In this document: piece after piece, positions 24,311-37,357 of the stretch
Layout of the letters: each line of letters starts with the position of its first letter
Numbering within the stretch: the stretch's first letter is position 1
NCBI RefSeq assembly: GCF_006345805.1
Contig: NC_043000.1
Location: 119,412,001 to 119,476,000 of the forward strand
Direction: 5' to 3'
From: Octopus sinensis
Taxonomy: Eukaryota
DNA length: 64,000 nucleotides
Program-made: the position numbers and the translations under genes
Notes under the pieces: model-generated
The model's input: only the letters and a program-made list of their open reading frames with translations
Told to the model about the DNA's origin: nothing
Databases searched by the model: none

Positions 24311-25083
24311 TGATAATAATAATAATAATATAATAATAATAATAATAATCATTATTATTATTTCACCTCTAGGCACAAGACCTTGAACATTTTTCGGGGA
24401 AGGGGGCTAGTCGATTTCTGGTACTCAACTGGTACTTTTTCTTATCAACCACTGAAAGGGTATCAGCCTTGCATCACCCTTTCGCGCATATATGGTTGTA
24501 ATGCATTGTGCCTCGCGTACCGTTATCAGAAGGGTAGTTATGACAGGTATATTATGCGGCGAGCTGGCAGAAACGTTAGCGTGCCGGGCGAAATGCTTAG
24601 CGGTATTTCGTCTGGCGCAACGTTGTGAGTTCAAATTCCGCTGGGGTCGACTTTGCCTTTCATCCTTTCGGGGTCGATAAATTAAGTACCAGTTACGCAC
24701 TGGGGTCGATGTAATCGACTTAATACCTATGTCTATCCTTGTTTGTCCCCTCTATGTTTAGCCCCTTGTGGGTAATAAAGAAATAGGTATATTATGCTTT
24801 GTATATTTATAACCTTGCATCACTTTCATGGCATGCGCTGTTCTGTCACTCAATAATAATAATAATAATTTGTATTTATGATTAATTCTCAGCAAAGACA
24901 TTGATCTTCCATCTTGTAATTAATTCTCCACTTCACTGTACAGTTATAATAGAATACAATGAGATAGAGCACCTTCACAGAGATGTGATCAGCTGGGTCA
25001 CAAATGAAAAGTGAGCTGGGTTAGGAGTCTTGCTGATAGCTCCAGCATTCAACTATTAATCATCTGTAGTTAATCTGTGGTTG

Positions 25084-25115
<32 letters not shown>

Positions 25116-25183
25116 ACCTCAACTTAGACGACGACATCGAAAAATACCTTAGGAATGAGAACCCAGGTTCGAAATTTCCCCAA

Positions 25184-25229
25184 GACACCCGAAGAAAGCT
25201 GGAGGGTATATCAGCCGAAATGTTGTGTT
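25184..25229 (+). ncRNA. Degenerate PLE-type minimal hammerhead (relic)
   Basis: GACAC-CCGAAGA-AAGCTG..CAGCC-GAAA-TGTT-GTGTT; stems I and II pair, but U4 and stem III are mutated. Confidence 0.5.
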
Positions 25230-27466
25230 AACAACAAACAAGATGAGGACAAATATCTATTGAATGTAAATAATGTAAATAATGTACATAATTCCTCATC
25301 TCTTAAATATAGAACTCCATTTTCTCCTGTTGATATTTTACAACGTCAATAATATTGTTTCTTTATAAACTAATCTATTTTGATAACCAATAATTCACAT
25401 TCTTTGTTTATTAGAAACTTAGAATAAAATAAAGCAATCCCTCCCTCAGCCTTTTGTGGGTTTTTAATCCATTAATTTGCTAAAATACAAATATATAATT
25501 ATATTCAAGGAAACTTCAAAAATTAATTTCCAATCCAGTTTTATATTGAGACAAACTTTACTACATTGTTGTTTAATTGCGGAAATAACTTCTTGGACAT
25601 TTTTCTTTTAATAAATTCAATTCACTCTTTCTTTTTCTGTAATATTTCCTTAGCCACAAGAACCATTTCTGGTTGTGCTGAGGAAAAATTCTTGTAATTC
25701 TGGCTAAACTGGCTGCTTATAGTTCTTCCATTCCAACAGCTTTGTTTCAAATGCACGTCTCAATGAATGTCTAAATTTTCCATATCGGAATCAAATATAT
25801 TGGTTCCTGCATAAAAAGAAAAATATTCTTTATACATCCAATGCCAAACATCAAGATCAGACAATCAATAATAATGGTAGTGACGCCAAGTATACAGAAC
25901 AGATACACAATTAACCCCCACTTTTTTTTTATTATATTTCTGTTCAAATACACTGATTCTGCTTCAATTAATTTCTAAAATAATTTAGTTAAATAGCTTT
26001 GCTGTGAATAAACTGGAGTTTGGAACATCACCATCATCATCATCGTTTAATGTCCACTTTCCATGCTGGCATGGGTTGGACGGTTCCAATTTATTGGTTT
26101 GGCAAAAGACACGAAATGAATAAATGCCAGATTTTTTCTTAAAAATGCAAATACTGTGGTTGGTTACTCGATAAAAACTCTTCAATGCAACGTCACAATC
26201 CAGAAACTGAAACAAGTTTAAGGTATAAAAGTAAACAGATTTTGAAAATTAATTCAACCAAAGGCAATTTCATTTGAAATGTGGTAATGAAAGGATTAAA
26301 TAGATCAATGTCTTTTTATTATTTTATTGATTTTTATTTATTGAACTGTTGTCATGCTATAGAACTAAGGTTTAGTCATCTCCATTGATATCAACATTTA
26401 TGTTTTGAACCTTTGAAGAATGTAAAGGAAAGTAACCTACTGTCACTAGCGTAGCTGGTGGAGGTGGGGTGGGGGCAGTCCGCGTGGGTGGCACTTTTCA
26501 TCCTGCTGTAGACTATTGCTGTAGGTAGAGTGGCTGTGTGGTAAAAAGCTTGCTTCCCAACCACATGGTTCTGGGTTCAGTCCCACTACATGGCACCTTG
26601 GGCAAGTGTCTTCTACTATAGCCTCGGGCCGACCAAAGCCTTGTGAGTGGATTTGGTAGATGGAAACTGAAAGAAGCCCATCGTATGTATATATGTGTGT
26701 GTGTTGGTGTGTTTATGTTCCCATAACTTAGCGGTCTGGCAAGAGAGATCCGATAGAATAAGTACTAGGCTTACACAGAATAAGTCCTGTGTTCGATTTG
26801 TTCGACTAAAGGTGGTGCTCCAGCATGGCCTCAGTCAAATGACTGAAACAAGTAAATAAAAAAAGGCGGCAAGCTGGCTGAAACATTGGCACACTGGGCG
26901 AAATGTTTAGCGGTCTTTTTTTTCTGTCTTTACATTCTGAGTTCAAATTCCACCGAGGTCAACTCTGCCTTTCATCCTTTCAGGGTTGATAAATTAAGTA
27001 CCAATTGTGTACTGGGTTGATCTAATCGACCAGCCCTCTCTCCAAAAGTTTCAGGCCTTGTGCCAATAGTAGAAATGAATATATGTTTTTTTTGTGGGGT
27101 CCAGGTGCAGCAAATGGAAGGGCCGCCCTGAGTGGCACACACTCAAGCTATAGTGAATTGGACCTAGTTCTTAGAAACCTGGTTGTTAGCTGGATGCTGA
27201 AAAGTGACTAAGTTAAGAAAATTTTGCTGTCAGTCAGCATACAGAATCCATTGACTGTTCTCACCTGAATTAGCAATTTAATTGACCATTTAATATTTTA
27301 AAGTAAAACTTAATTACTGTGTTTGTTGCATAAAATTTTCTATTTTAATATTAAGTTCAGAAGACAGGTCAAGTTTATTTGACGTAATGACAGTAAGGAA
27401 AACTACGTGAGTGTTTACATGTATCTGTGTATAGTGCTCTAAATGGAGGTGTAGTCAAATCCTATT

Positions 27467-27554
27467 TTATGGACTCAACCATGTTCTAAAATAAGACGAA
27501 AGGTAAGCTACTATAAATCGGCACAAACTTTCCGGACAACCTAGTATATATATA

Positions 27555-27650
<96 letters not shown>

Positions 27651-27875
27651 TATATATATACATATATACGAGGGTGGGGACTGAAAAGTTCCTGGCTTTG
27701 GGCAGAAGGAAACACAGGTGGATCAGTTACTTAAGATTTTATCAGCATATTCCATTCCCAGACTCGCATGCTTACTGCAGTGGCCCTTCAATTCTTCCAA
27801 TCCCTGCAAAAGAACTCCGAAGGTTGGGACTCCAACCACACCTTTCATGACACCCTTAAAGTCAGGAACCTCTTG
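27467..27875. mobile_element. Mariner terminal fragments on either side of a (TA)n array
   Basis: ..AAACTTTCCGGACAACCTAGTA terminus at ~27545 and TACGAGGGTGGG..AAAAGTTCCTGGCTT terminus at ~27668; related copy at ~54185-54360. Confidence 0.55.
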
Positions 27876-28150
27876 TGTATATATGTTCTTTTATTGTTTT
27901 ACTTCTTTCAGTCATTTGACTGTGGCCATGCTTTTTAGTCGAACAAATCAACCCCAGGACTTATTCCTTGTAAGCCTAGTACTCATTCCATCAGTCTCCC
28001 TTGCTGAACCGCTAATGTACGGAAAACATAAACACACCAACATCAGTTGTTAATCGATGGTGGGGGACAAACTCAGACAGACAAACATACAATGTAATTA
28101 TTCTTTTTCATTCTAGGGGCCATTATATTAAACATTTGCAAAGAGAAACC

Positions 28151-29110
28151 ATGCCATGCACAAAAAATTCAGCAGAACTGTCAGATTTTCAAACAGGTCA
28201 TATTGTTGGGCAATCTGAGGCTGGTCTTTGCCAGTGAAAAATTGCCAAAAATCTTCAAATTCCTTTTGCTACTGTAAATAGAATTATAGTGCAATTCAAA
28301 AGCCAAGGAAAAGAATCAACAGATTCTCGTCCCGGCTGACCTGGGCCCTTGGAAAGGAAGCTTCACTGTTTGAAGAGAATTGTGGAAAACGAACCCCGTT
28401 TGAAGGCTTCTGATATTGCAAAACAGCTAGAAGTTAGTCCAAGAACGTGTGTTACATATCTGCATAAGCTTGGATATTATGGAAGAGCCGCTAGAAGAAA
28501 ACCTCTCCTTCAACCAATTATCATGAAAAGAAAGAAATGAGGAGATGCCAGAAAAATCCAGTTCATTTTTTCATTTTAGGATAGATTGATTTTTTCAGAT
28601 GAACCGAGATTTGCATTATTTTCAGACAGTAGATGTGTTTGGGTCTTGAGGCTTCCCAATCAAGAATTTGATTTGAAACAACTCCAACCAACTGTGAAAC
28701 ATGGCAGTATCTCTGTAATGGTATGGGGAGCTGTCACCAGCAATGGTGGTTCTGAGCTGATTGAATGTGTTGGAACCATAAACTCTGAAAAATTCATCGA
28801 AATACCTAAGCAAGGACTACTTCCGATGTATTCACATAATAACATAAGGAAAAATGAGTTTTTATTCATGGAAGATAGGGCTCCATGCCATACAGCGAAA
28901 AGGAATCAACAACAGCTGACTGAAAATGGGATGAAAAAGCTTGCTTGGCCCAGCCAATCTCTTGACATGAACCCAATTGAAAATCTTTGGAGTATATGAG
29001 ATAGAGCTATATGAAAAACTCGACAGAAACCTGAAGCTAAAGGTGAATTCTTTTGATTGTTGCATGAAAAATGGGCAGAAATTCCACAAAGCTCATCAGT
29101 TCAATGCCAA
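28151..29110 (+). pseudogene. Decayed Tc1-family (DD34E) transposase
   Basis: HTH N-terminus ([21 protein letters not shown]), RAARRKPLL, IFSDE.RF, TVKHGSISVMVWG, FMEDRAPCHTA, WPSQSLDMNPIENLW; stops and frameshifts present. Confidence 0.9.
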
Positions 29111-29139
29111 AAAGACACTGTCAGGGAATTTTGCCGGGG

Positions 29140-29907
29140 CAGGGCCACAGATTTGCCAGAGGGATCCAACCCCTCTGGCGAATCTGACAAGTCAAGCAAT
29201 GTTATGGATTGGGTCTACCCCTCTTGCGAATCTGACATGTCAAGTAATGTTATGGGCTGGGTCTGCCCCTCTGGCGAATCTGACATGTCATGTAATGGTA
29301 TGGGTTTTTCTGCCCCTCTGGCTAATCTGACCTGTCATGTAATGTTATGAATTGGCCCTGCCCTGCCCCTCTGGCGAATCTCTAACATGTCATGTAATGT
29401 TATGGATTGGGTCTGCCCTGCCCCTCTGGCGAATCTCTGACATGTCAGATTCGCCAGAGGGGCAGACAAACCCATAACATTACATGACACGTCAGATTAG
29501 CCAGAGGGGCAGACAAACCCATAACATTACATGACATGTCAGATTCGCCAGAGGGGCAGAGCCAATTCATAACATTACACTTTAAACTTACTAAAATATT
29601 ATTCGGGACGCTTTTATCTATGACTATAAAATCTCTACTAAGTATAAATGCTGATGAAAATTAATTTTGAGGATCTGATCAAAGACTTTGCAATTCAAAA
29701 AAGTAGGAGGAAACTTTTCAAATAGAAATAAAGTGGGAATATACAAAAATAAACATTATTTTCCCTCTTATTGTTTTGTTTCGTTTAGAAAAATAAAAAT
29801 TTATTTTATGGTTTGTTATTGTTTATATTTTGAATTACATAATCTTCCATAGGGCACCAAAATCTTTTAAGTGCTTATGGGCCTCGATGGGTCTTAATCC
29901 GGCCCTG
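29140..29907 (+). mobile_element. Non-autonomous hAT derivative with internal 48-bp minisatellite and transposase C-terminal remnant
   Basis: Right TIR AATCCGGCCCTG (ends 29907); ~29650-29725 encodes MLMKINFEDLIKDFAIQKSRRKLFK* (hAT dimerisation-domain tail); left end uncertain, no clean TSD. Confidence 0.6.
29165..29578. repeat. ~48-bp minisatellite, 6 forward plus 3 inverted units
   Basis: Unit CCTCTGGCGAATCTGACATGTCATGTAATGTTATGG..GTCTGCC; orientation flips at CTGACATGTCAG (29437-29448). Confidence 0.92.
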
Positions 29908-29925
29908 GTATATGTGTATCGAAAA

Positions 29926-30315
29926 TGTGGAGGCGCAATGGCCCAGTGGTTAGGGCAGCGGACTCGCGGTCATAGGATCGCGGTTTCGATTCCCAGACCG
30001 GGCGTTGTGAATGTTTATTGAGCGAAAACACCTAAAGCTCCACGAGGCTCCGGCAGGGGGTGGTGGTGATCCCTGCTGTACTCTTTCACCACAACTTTCT
30101 CTCACTCTTACTTCCTGTTTCTGTTGTACCTGTATTTCAAAGGGCCGGCCTTGTCACTCTCTGTGTCACGCTGAATATCCCCGAGAACTACGTTAAGGGT
30201 ACACGTGTCTGTGGAGTGCTCAGCCACTTACACGTTAATTTCACGAGCAGGCTGTTCCGTTGATTCGGATCAACCGGAACCCTCGTCGTCGTAACCGACG
30301 GAGTGCTTCCTTCCT
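29926..30315 (+). mobile_element. tRNA-derived SINE family D, full length
   Basis: A box TGGCCCAGTGGTTAG, B box GGTTTCGATTCC; 14-bp TSD TATGTGTATCGAAA. Confidence 0.92.
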
Positions 30316-30370
30316 TATGTGTATCGAAAGAGGGAGAGGAAACGAAAACAAAATAAAAAAAAAAAATTAT

Positions 30371-30777
30371 AGGCGCAGGAGTGGTTGTATGGTAAGTAGC
30401 TTGCTTACCAACCATATGGTTCCCGGTTCATTCCCACTGCGTGGCACCTTGGGCAAGTGTCTTCAACTATAGCTTCGGGCCGACCAAAGCCTTGTGAGTG
30501 GATTTGGTAGACGGAAACTGAAAGAAGCCCATCGTATATATGTATATATATATATGTGTGTGTGTGTATGTTTGTGTGTCTGAGTTCGTCCCCCCAACAT
30601 CGCTTGACAACCGATGGTGGTGTGCTTACGTCTCCGTAACCTAGCGGTTCGCCAAAAGAGATCGATAGAATAAGTACCAGGCTTCCAAAGAATAAGTCCT
30701 GGGGTCGATTTGCTCGACTAAAGGCAGTGCTCCAGCATGGCCCCAGTCAAAATGACTGAAACAAGTAAAAGAGAGAG
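30371..30777 (+). mobile_element. CORE-like tRNA SINE family B with internal (TA)/(TG) microsatellite
   Basis: tRNA-like head, CACCTTGGGCAAGTG motif (CORE-like), GTAAAAGA tail. Other copies or halves at ~5140, 6030, 15155, 19430-20540, 20550, 26520, 27885, 33420, 38595-40350, 45595, 50775, 58850, 60913, 61735, 62920. Confidence 0.88.
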
Positions 30778-31052
30778 TATCAGTTCACGACTGCTGAAAT
30801 TATGAGGTTGACGCTCGGAGAAGAAAGAGTTTAAGAGTTGATATGACCTTTCAAAATATTGTTTTCTTAAGAATAAAAAATGGAGAGCGGAAAATGGGAA
30901 GGGGAGGAAAAAAAGGAAAAGATCAAGCTAAACAACCAACGTGTGTTGGTTATTTTCCAATTGTCATTGTCAGTGTTCGCATGCAGTGTATGTGTCTGTG
31001 TAGATAGGCAGCGATAAAGTTGATAGATTGAGATAGACAGATAGAGAGATAA

Positions 31053-31101
<49 letters not shown>

Positions 31102-31610
31102 AAGGGAGGAGATCGTAAAGCCCCACGTGCTTATCACGCGGAGTAAAAGGATTCTAAAGCCCACAACGACTGCTTTTTAAAAGTGCAAGGCACTCCGAAT
31201 AATTTCATTCTGCGTTTTGTCTTCCTCTTACAAAACGTAACGGTTTTTCTACAACCCTTACAATCACAAAACTACTGGAAACTGAAATTCATGGTCCTCC
31301 CTTACTATAGTGACTGTGGACCGTTTAAATCCTCTTTTTCCTTTATGTTAAAGGCATTTAAAACATCAAACTCTAAAATCTAAAACTCTAAAATTGTTAC
31401 AATCATTAAATGATTCAAACAATTTATATTAATGTTTTCTTAATAACTATTTGTATTCTTATCTTAAATGTATTGAATTTTTACTGTATATATGTATGTT
31501 ATTATGGTTGTAGCTTTGATAATTAAATAAGTCAACATTCTAATATCCTAAAGCTGATAAACCAACTAATGTGTTTCTCCATTTTCTTATTTGTAATATA
31601 AATTATATAT

Positions 31611-31697
<87 letters not shown>

Positions 31698-31997
31698 AAA
31701 GTTAAAAAAACACAAACTGGGACAAGAACGTAAAACATTTAGAAGACGACCAAAAAACACAGACGGGACTTTCGAAGCTCTGTCATCAGTCAAGAACCAG
31801 ATCATAACGGGAAGCTTTATGAAAATAAACAAAAGACGAAGGCAGGTGGAGTACAAACAAACAATTGTATTAATATGGCGCTCAGGAATATAAATAAAAC
31901 AAGTCTTTTACGTTTTGAGCCTACGCTCTTCAACAGAAAGATACACAGAAAAGAAACAAGGAGAGAAAAAAATGCGTGCAGAAGCTAGCGATTCAAC

Positions 31998-32029
<32 letters not shown>

Positions 32030-32114
32030 TATATATATTCCTTTTCCTGAGCGCCTATTATAATAATACTGTAATTGTTCCATTGTTGTTGTTTTTTTGT
32101 TTCCCGTTTGGATT

Positions 32115-32174
<60 letters not shown>

Positions 32175-32186
32175 GTATGTATATTA

Positions 32187-32591
32187 GGATCTTTTCGGTT
32201 TGAACGGCAGTTTTTTCTAGCGGTGTCATATGAAATTGTCACCCATAATTATGACCCTTGTATCGATCTATTGCATTTCAATCTCTTTTAGGGTTAGGGA
32301 AGGGTATATTTTTTTTTTCCTAAATGTAAATAAACCCAATCTGTTTCTTAAACTAGGGACATATTCATACGGCACAGAATGGTTTTTTTTACCTCAATGG
32401 ACGTCATTGATTGGTTGAAATTGCAGAAATTTAAGAAAAAAACAACAAATATCTTACAAACTATAGAATTTTCTCAATAAAGCCAAGAGAAAAAGATGTT
32501 TTAGAAACACATTCTACCAGTATACGAAGTTTAAAATTTTTTAGTTACCTAGAAATTATGTTAAAAACTGCCGTTCAAATCGAAAAGATCC
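32187..32591. mobile_element. Merlin-like MITE family 1
   Basis: Same TIRs; TSD GTATATTA / GTATTTTA (7/8). Confidence 0.85.
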
Positions 32592-32714
32592 GTATTTTAA
32601 ATTATATACCCACTGAATAATACCCATGTATGTAAAGTTTTTTTCTCTGCAAAATTGGTTATTTAACTGTGGAACCAATGAAAGATTGGATGTTTTCATC
32701 CCTCTCTTCCTTGG

Positions 32715-32766
<52 letters not shown>

Positions 32767-34249
32767 AGCCCTCCGTCAGTTACGACGACGAGGGTACCAG
32801 CTGATACGATCAACGGAACAGCTTGCTCGTGAAATTAACGTGGCTGAGCAATTCACGTAGTTCTCAGGGAGATTCAGCGTGACACAGTGTGACAAGGCTG
32901 GCTCTTTGAAATGAACTGGAGCAATGTGAAATAAAGTGTCTTACTCAAGGACATAACGCGTCGCCGAGAATTGAACTCATGGCCTTACAATCGTGAGTTG
33001 AATGCCCTAACCACTAAGCCACACGCCTTCACACACACACACACATTGTTGTATCTGGTGAGAGTCATAATGTCTCAATATAACACACGCACTGGTTCGA
33101 TTTCCACTCATCTATTTATTTATTTATTTATTCCAGAAAGCATTTTGTCGTCGCTGCATTTGCGATCGTATCGAAGGATTTTGACTCTGTCCATTATTGG
33201 AGCTGCATTCCTATTTTACTTTTCTTTTCTTTTTCTTTTTCTTTTTTTTTTTGTTGTTGTTGCAGTGCAGCAAAAGCTTTCTGGAATAAATAAATAAGTG
33301 GAAATTGAACCGGTGAGTGTGTCATATTAAGGCACTTTGACCCTCCCCAGATACAACAAAATTTGTTTCAAAACACGAATTCATATAAGGGATCTTGCAA
33401 ACCAGATACAAAAATGAAATGTGTGTGTGTGTATACGACAGACTTCCACTTATTTTCCATTTACCAATTACACTCATAAAGCGTTGGTCAGGCAGGGCTG
33501 TAGTAGAAGCCGCTTACCCAAGGTGCCGCACAGACTGAAACCGAAAACATAGTTACAAAGCGAGTTTCTTAACCACAGAACCACGCCTGCGCCTATATAC
33601 TTTAATTTAATTTCACACTGGTTTCAAATTTTAGTAGAAGGCTAACACTTCGAGGGAGGGATAAGTCGATTGCATCGACCGCAGTGCTTAACTGGTACTT
33701 ATTTAAACGACCCTGAAAGAATAAAAGGCAAAGTCGAGTACGACGGAATTTGAACTCAGAAAATAATGACGGACGAAATATCTATTTCTTTACTACCCAC
33801 AAGGGGCTAAACACAGAGAGGACAAACAAGGACAGACAAACGGATTAAGTCGAATATATCGATCCCAGTGCGTAACTGGTACTTAATTTATCGACCCCGA
33901 AAGGATGAAAGGCGAAGTCGACCTCGGCGGAATTTGAGCTCAGAACGTAACGGCAGACGAAATAGGGCTACGCATTTCGCCCGGCGTGCTAACGTTTCTG
34001 CCAGCTCGCCACCTTAACGACGGACGAAATACCGTTAAGCATTTGTCCGCTGTGATAACGAGTCTGCTCACTTGCCGCCTTAATTTTGTTTCATATCATC
34101 TTTGTGTTGCAATAATATAATTTTTTTAAAAATTCCCACTGATAACGGCTGAAGAGCTAGAAATGAGTCTGGTATCCGACAGGGGCAGCACTGGACAGAT
34201 ATGATGTTTTTACACCTTTTTACCATAAGAGAGAATTTTCTCTCCGCGT

Positions 34250-34410
34250 AACTCAACATAGAAAGAAACATGGGAGAGTGGTTACAGGACTTCTTAGAAG
34301 ACAAGCCAGGTGGTGGCACCCAATGAAATCATCTCCAAGGAGACGATAATAGAGAATGGAGTACCTCAGGGAACTGTCTTGGGGACGCTGCTGTTTATGG
34401 TGGCTCTCTG
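34250..34410 (+). pseudogene. CR1/L2/Jockey-group LINE RT fragment
   Basis: MGEWLQDFLE.. followed (frameshifted) by IENGVPQGTVLGTLLFMVAL. Confidence 0.75.
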
Positions 34411-35879
34411 CTGTCTGACTATTTAAGCATCTGTGTCCATCCATCCACCCAACCTGCTGTTTGTCTGTTTATCTGTTCATGTTTTTTTGTTTTTTTTTAT
34501 ATGTATGTATCCATCTATTAATGGATGGGTAGGACTTGATTGAGTGATAGGTGGGTAGCTAACTTCATAGATGGATGGAGAGATAGATAGAATTTGTCTT
34601 TAGAAGTTGAAAAGTTTACTTATGACAAAACACCGCTTGGTGTTGACACTGCTGTAAAATGTTTTGTTTTCTTGTTTTTTGTCTTTTTTCCTTTCTTGTC
34701 CTCACCTTCTTTGGAAAAAAAAACCCCTCATTGTATGGTGTCATCGAAGTTACACTATGCCTGAGAAATTGGCAGAATGCTCATCGTAGTGAATGCTTTT
34801 AATCAAGAAGTCTACTCGACCAAAGCCGACTCAAAGCTAGACAACAATAACAAGCTAGTAAGAGTTACTGCTAACATTCATTAAATGAAATAAAGAAGGT
34901 TAATTAAGAGAGGCAATTAAGGAAAGAACGGTCAGTAATTTCACTCGAGGGGGAAATGATGTCATTAAACCAGCTCCACGCTGGAGCATATCAGTAAACG
35001 TAAGGAAAATTAATTAGTTGATAGTCTTTCTGAAGGAGAGTAATTTTCGCCGGTCATAGACTTTTGTACCGGTCATAGACTTTTGTACCGTCTTATTAGC
35101 ATTAAAGGCCCCCGGGCAAATTAATGCATTGGATCCCATAGCTGTTTATTTATCGACAGCAAGCTACAGCATACATAGGTCAGAATTGGACCCCTAGAAC
35201 TTCGAGAAATCCCTGGCCTGGCAGTGCCACCGAGCGAGGGTATGGTATTACTGTTTCGTCATAAACTCTACAGGCATAGAAGTGCCGTCAGCCGAGCCTG
35301 TCCGAGAGGCGCGCAGGGCGACGAAACTGTTTTGCATGCACTCATTCAGCGTGCAGTCGGTTCTAATGAACAAGACGAGTGCACGAATCGAATGCAGTAT
35401 ACCGGATACTACCAGTTTCCATGATGTGATTGGCAAAACGTACTGAGATAACCTTTAAATCATTCTCCAAACACTCATCTCCGTTGTTCTCTCAATCCAT
35501 TTGTAGCGTAGCTGATATCTTCACGGTTAGAAATAGCAGCTGAAAAGGAAAAACCGCATAGAAGCACGCGGTTGAATGAAAAATTGTCTTCCTCTGTCGA
35601 AGTTGTGAAAAGATAGACGGAGCTTATTCACTGACGTCGAAATCACAAATCTGACTGTGTAACGGCAACGAGTAGCTTCATGCACTTTTAGAGTGCATGT
35701 GGTGCATACAAATTACCGTTGCTTTAATATCCAAATTCTACCAGTCAGAAACAACAGGACGCAAACGTAAAAAATATATATCTACTTTATTCTCTTATGA
35801 CAGTAACAAATAAGTGGTATATCTGGTTCCGCTTGGCATGGATGTGTCAGAGCCGAACTTTATCGCTGTAGAATTTACA

Positions 35880-36240
35880 GTGTTCAAATGCAAAACAACA
35901 CTGCCAAGATGGCGTCCGAATAGGGAGAGAAAATGATGTGGTCGGCAACAAATCCTGGTTAAAAGTCTTCGGCCGCTGCTGCTATGGGAAATATCTGGAC
36001 AGAGAGAATTACACGTCTCAAGTCACTGCCTGCTGCTGCTATATCTCTCCGGACCCTTTTAAGGTTCACGCTCCCTTCGCCTCTCGGCTAAACTGCCACG
36101 TCAGCAAAAGTCCTTCTTCCGGTGGTGAAAGCACCAACCCCGCACGCGCGAAACAGAAAAGGACGGTGCGCGAGCGCGCGCCGTTGTATAGGATCACTAC
36201 AACTGGGTTCGCGCCATTTCATTAACCGATTCCAGCCACC
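35880..36240. promoter_or_regulatory. CpG-rich promoter-like region
   Basis: YY1-like CAAGATGGCG (~35905-35914), ETS-like CTTCCGG (~36116-36122), CACGTCA (~36097-36103), GCGCGAGCGCGCG run; no repeat-family match inside the window. Confidence 0.4.
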
Positions 36241-36589
36241 TCAATAGAATCTATTTCTACCAATGCTCTTTGTCCGGGGTCACCAATTTGTAGGTCTTTC
36301 GTTATCTAACACGAGATTATTTCTAATATATCTCTATGGTATGATATACTAAAACCTTGGATAAAACCGTACCCTCGAATGGCTCACGATTAGAATTTGA
36401 ACCAACCAAATAAAGCAAAATAATTAGTCAGACAAATTATTAGAGATCCGAAAGCTTGAGTTTTGCAAGTTTAATCTTGTTTTAATAGAAACCAACTGAT
36501 TTTCTTTTAAATTTTCATCTTCCGAAATTTCAGTTTTTACAGTGTTGATAGCAAGAGAGATCGGTGTGAGAAAAGCAAATATTATTATT

Positions 36590-36800
36590 AGATGCACGTT
36601 TGAGTACCAGAAGGTTTGGAGTGTAATAGCCTTAAGGTTAAGATTTGATATCGCCAATGGTTTGTTACGAATTTTATCATTAACAAGTCCAGACATAAAT
36701 GAATCTCGTACCAATCTTCTTCGTATTGTACAATAGTGACATCTTTGCATTGATAGCCTTTAACTTTAATGTTTAACGCGTCTAGATTAAGTGCTTTGTT
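36590..36800 (-). pseudogene. Gypsy-type gag relic
   Basis: Frameshifted CKDVTIVQYEED / LVRDSFMSGLVNDKIRNKPLAISNLNLK resembles the Ty3/Gypsy Gag motif ..IRDAFISGL....IRQRLLE...L.L. Confidence 0.6.
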
Positions 36801-36855
36801 ATAGAATAAAGAGTTGTAAATATTTTTCCAAGTCAAAATGTCAAGAATTACCGTA

Positions 36856-37142
36856 CACTTTCTCCTCGACTTACGACATAGTCCTGTTCCAACTAACAGG
36901 TCGTAAGTTGATCTGGTCGTATGTTGGGTTTATATTTTTCAATACTATTTCCATTCGTGCATCTGTTGCTTAAAAGTGACTGAAAGAGGGAGACAGTGGC
37001 AATCAGTGGATGTCTGGGTCTGAGGGAGACCTGCGTTGCCAGATGCTGCCATTGTTATCGTACGCGCAGCTGCCCAACGTCCAAAAACCGATTATTTAAT
37101 TATTGTGGTCGTAAGTGCGGATGGTCGTAAGTCGAGGAGGTG
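36856..37142. mobile_element. pogo/Tigger-like MITE
   Basis: TIRs CAC..TCCTCGACTTACGAC / GTCGTAAGTCGAGGAGGTG, TA duplication on both sides. Confidence 0.8.
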
Positions 37143-37357
37143 TATTTGTCGACTTACAAGACGCTCTATCACAAGAGACATATCCTTATTTTACAAGTGT
37201 CGTGAAGAGGGACACACAGGTTTCGTATGTTTCATATACTTATTGAAAGATATTTTATAGTGATTTTTGTAGAGGAAAATATATGATTCTGTGCATGTAA
37301 ATACGATACTGTGATAGTATACTGGAATTTAGTATGAAACCATAAATTTATTAAAAA

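Noticed and set aside
35250-35331. Hammerhead or RNase MRP reading of the GACGAAAC/GTTTCGTC hairpin
   Set aside because: No valid CUGANGA core with a paired stem II on either strand; the MRP resemblance is limited to a few bases.
35938-36225. 95-aa Cys-rich ORF in the CpG-rich region
   Set aside because: GTG start, no homology recognised; GC-rich DNA gives open frames by chance.
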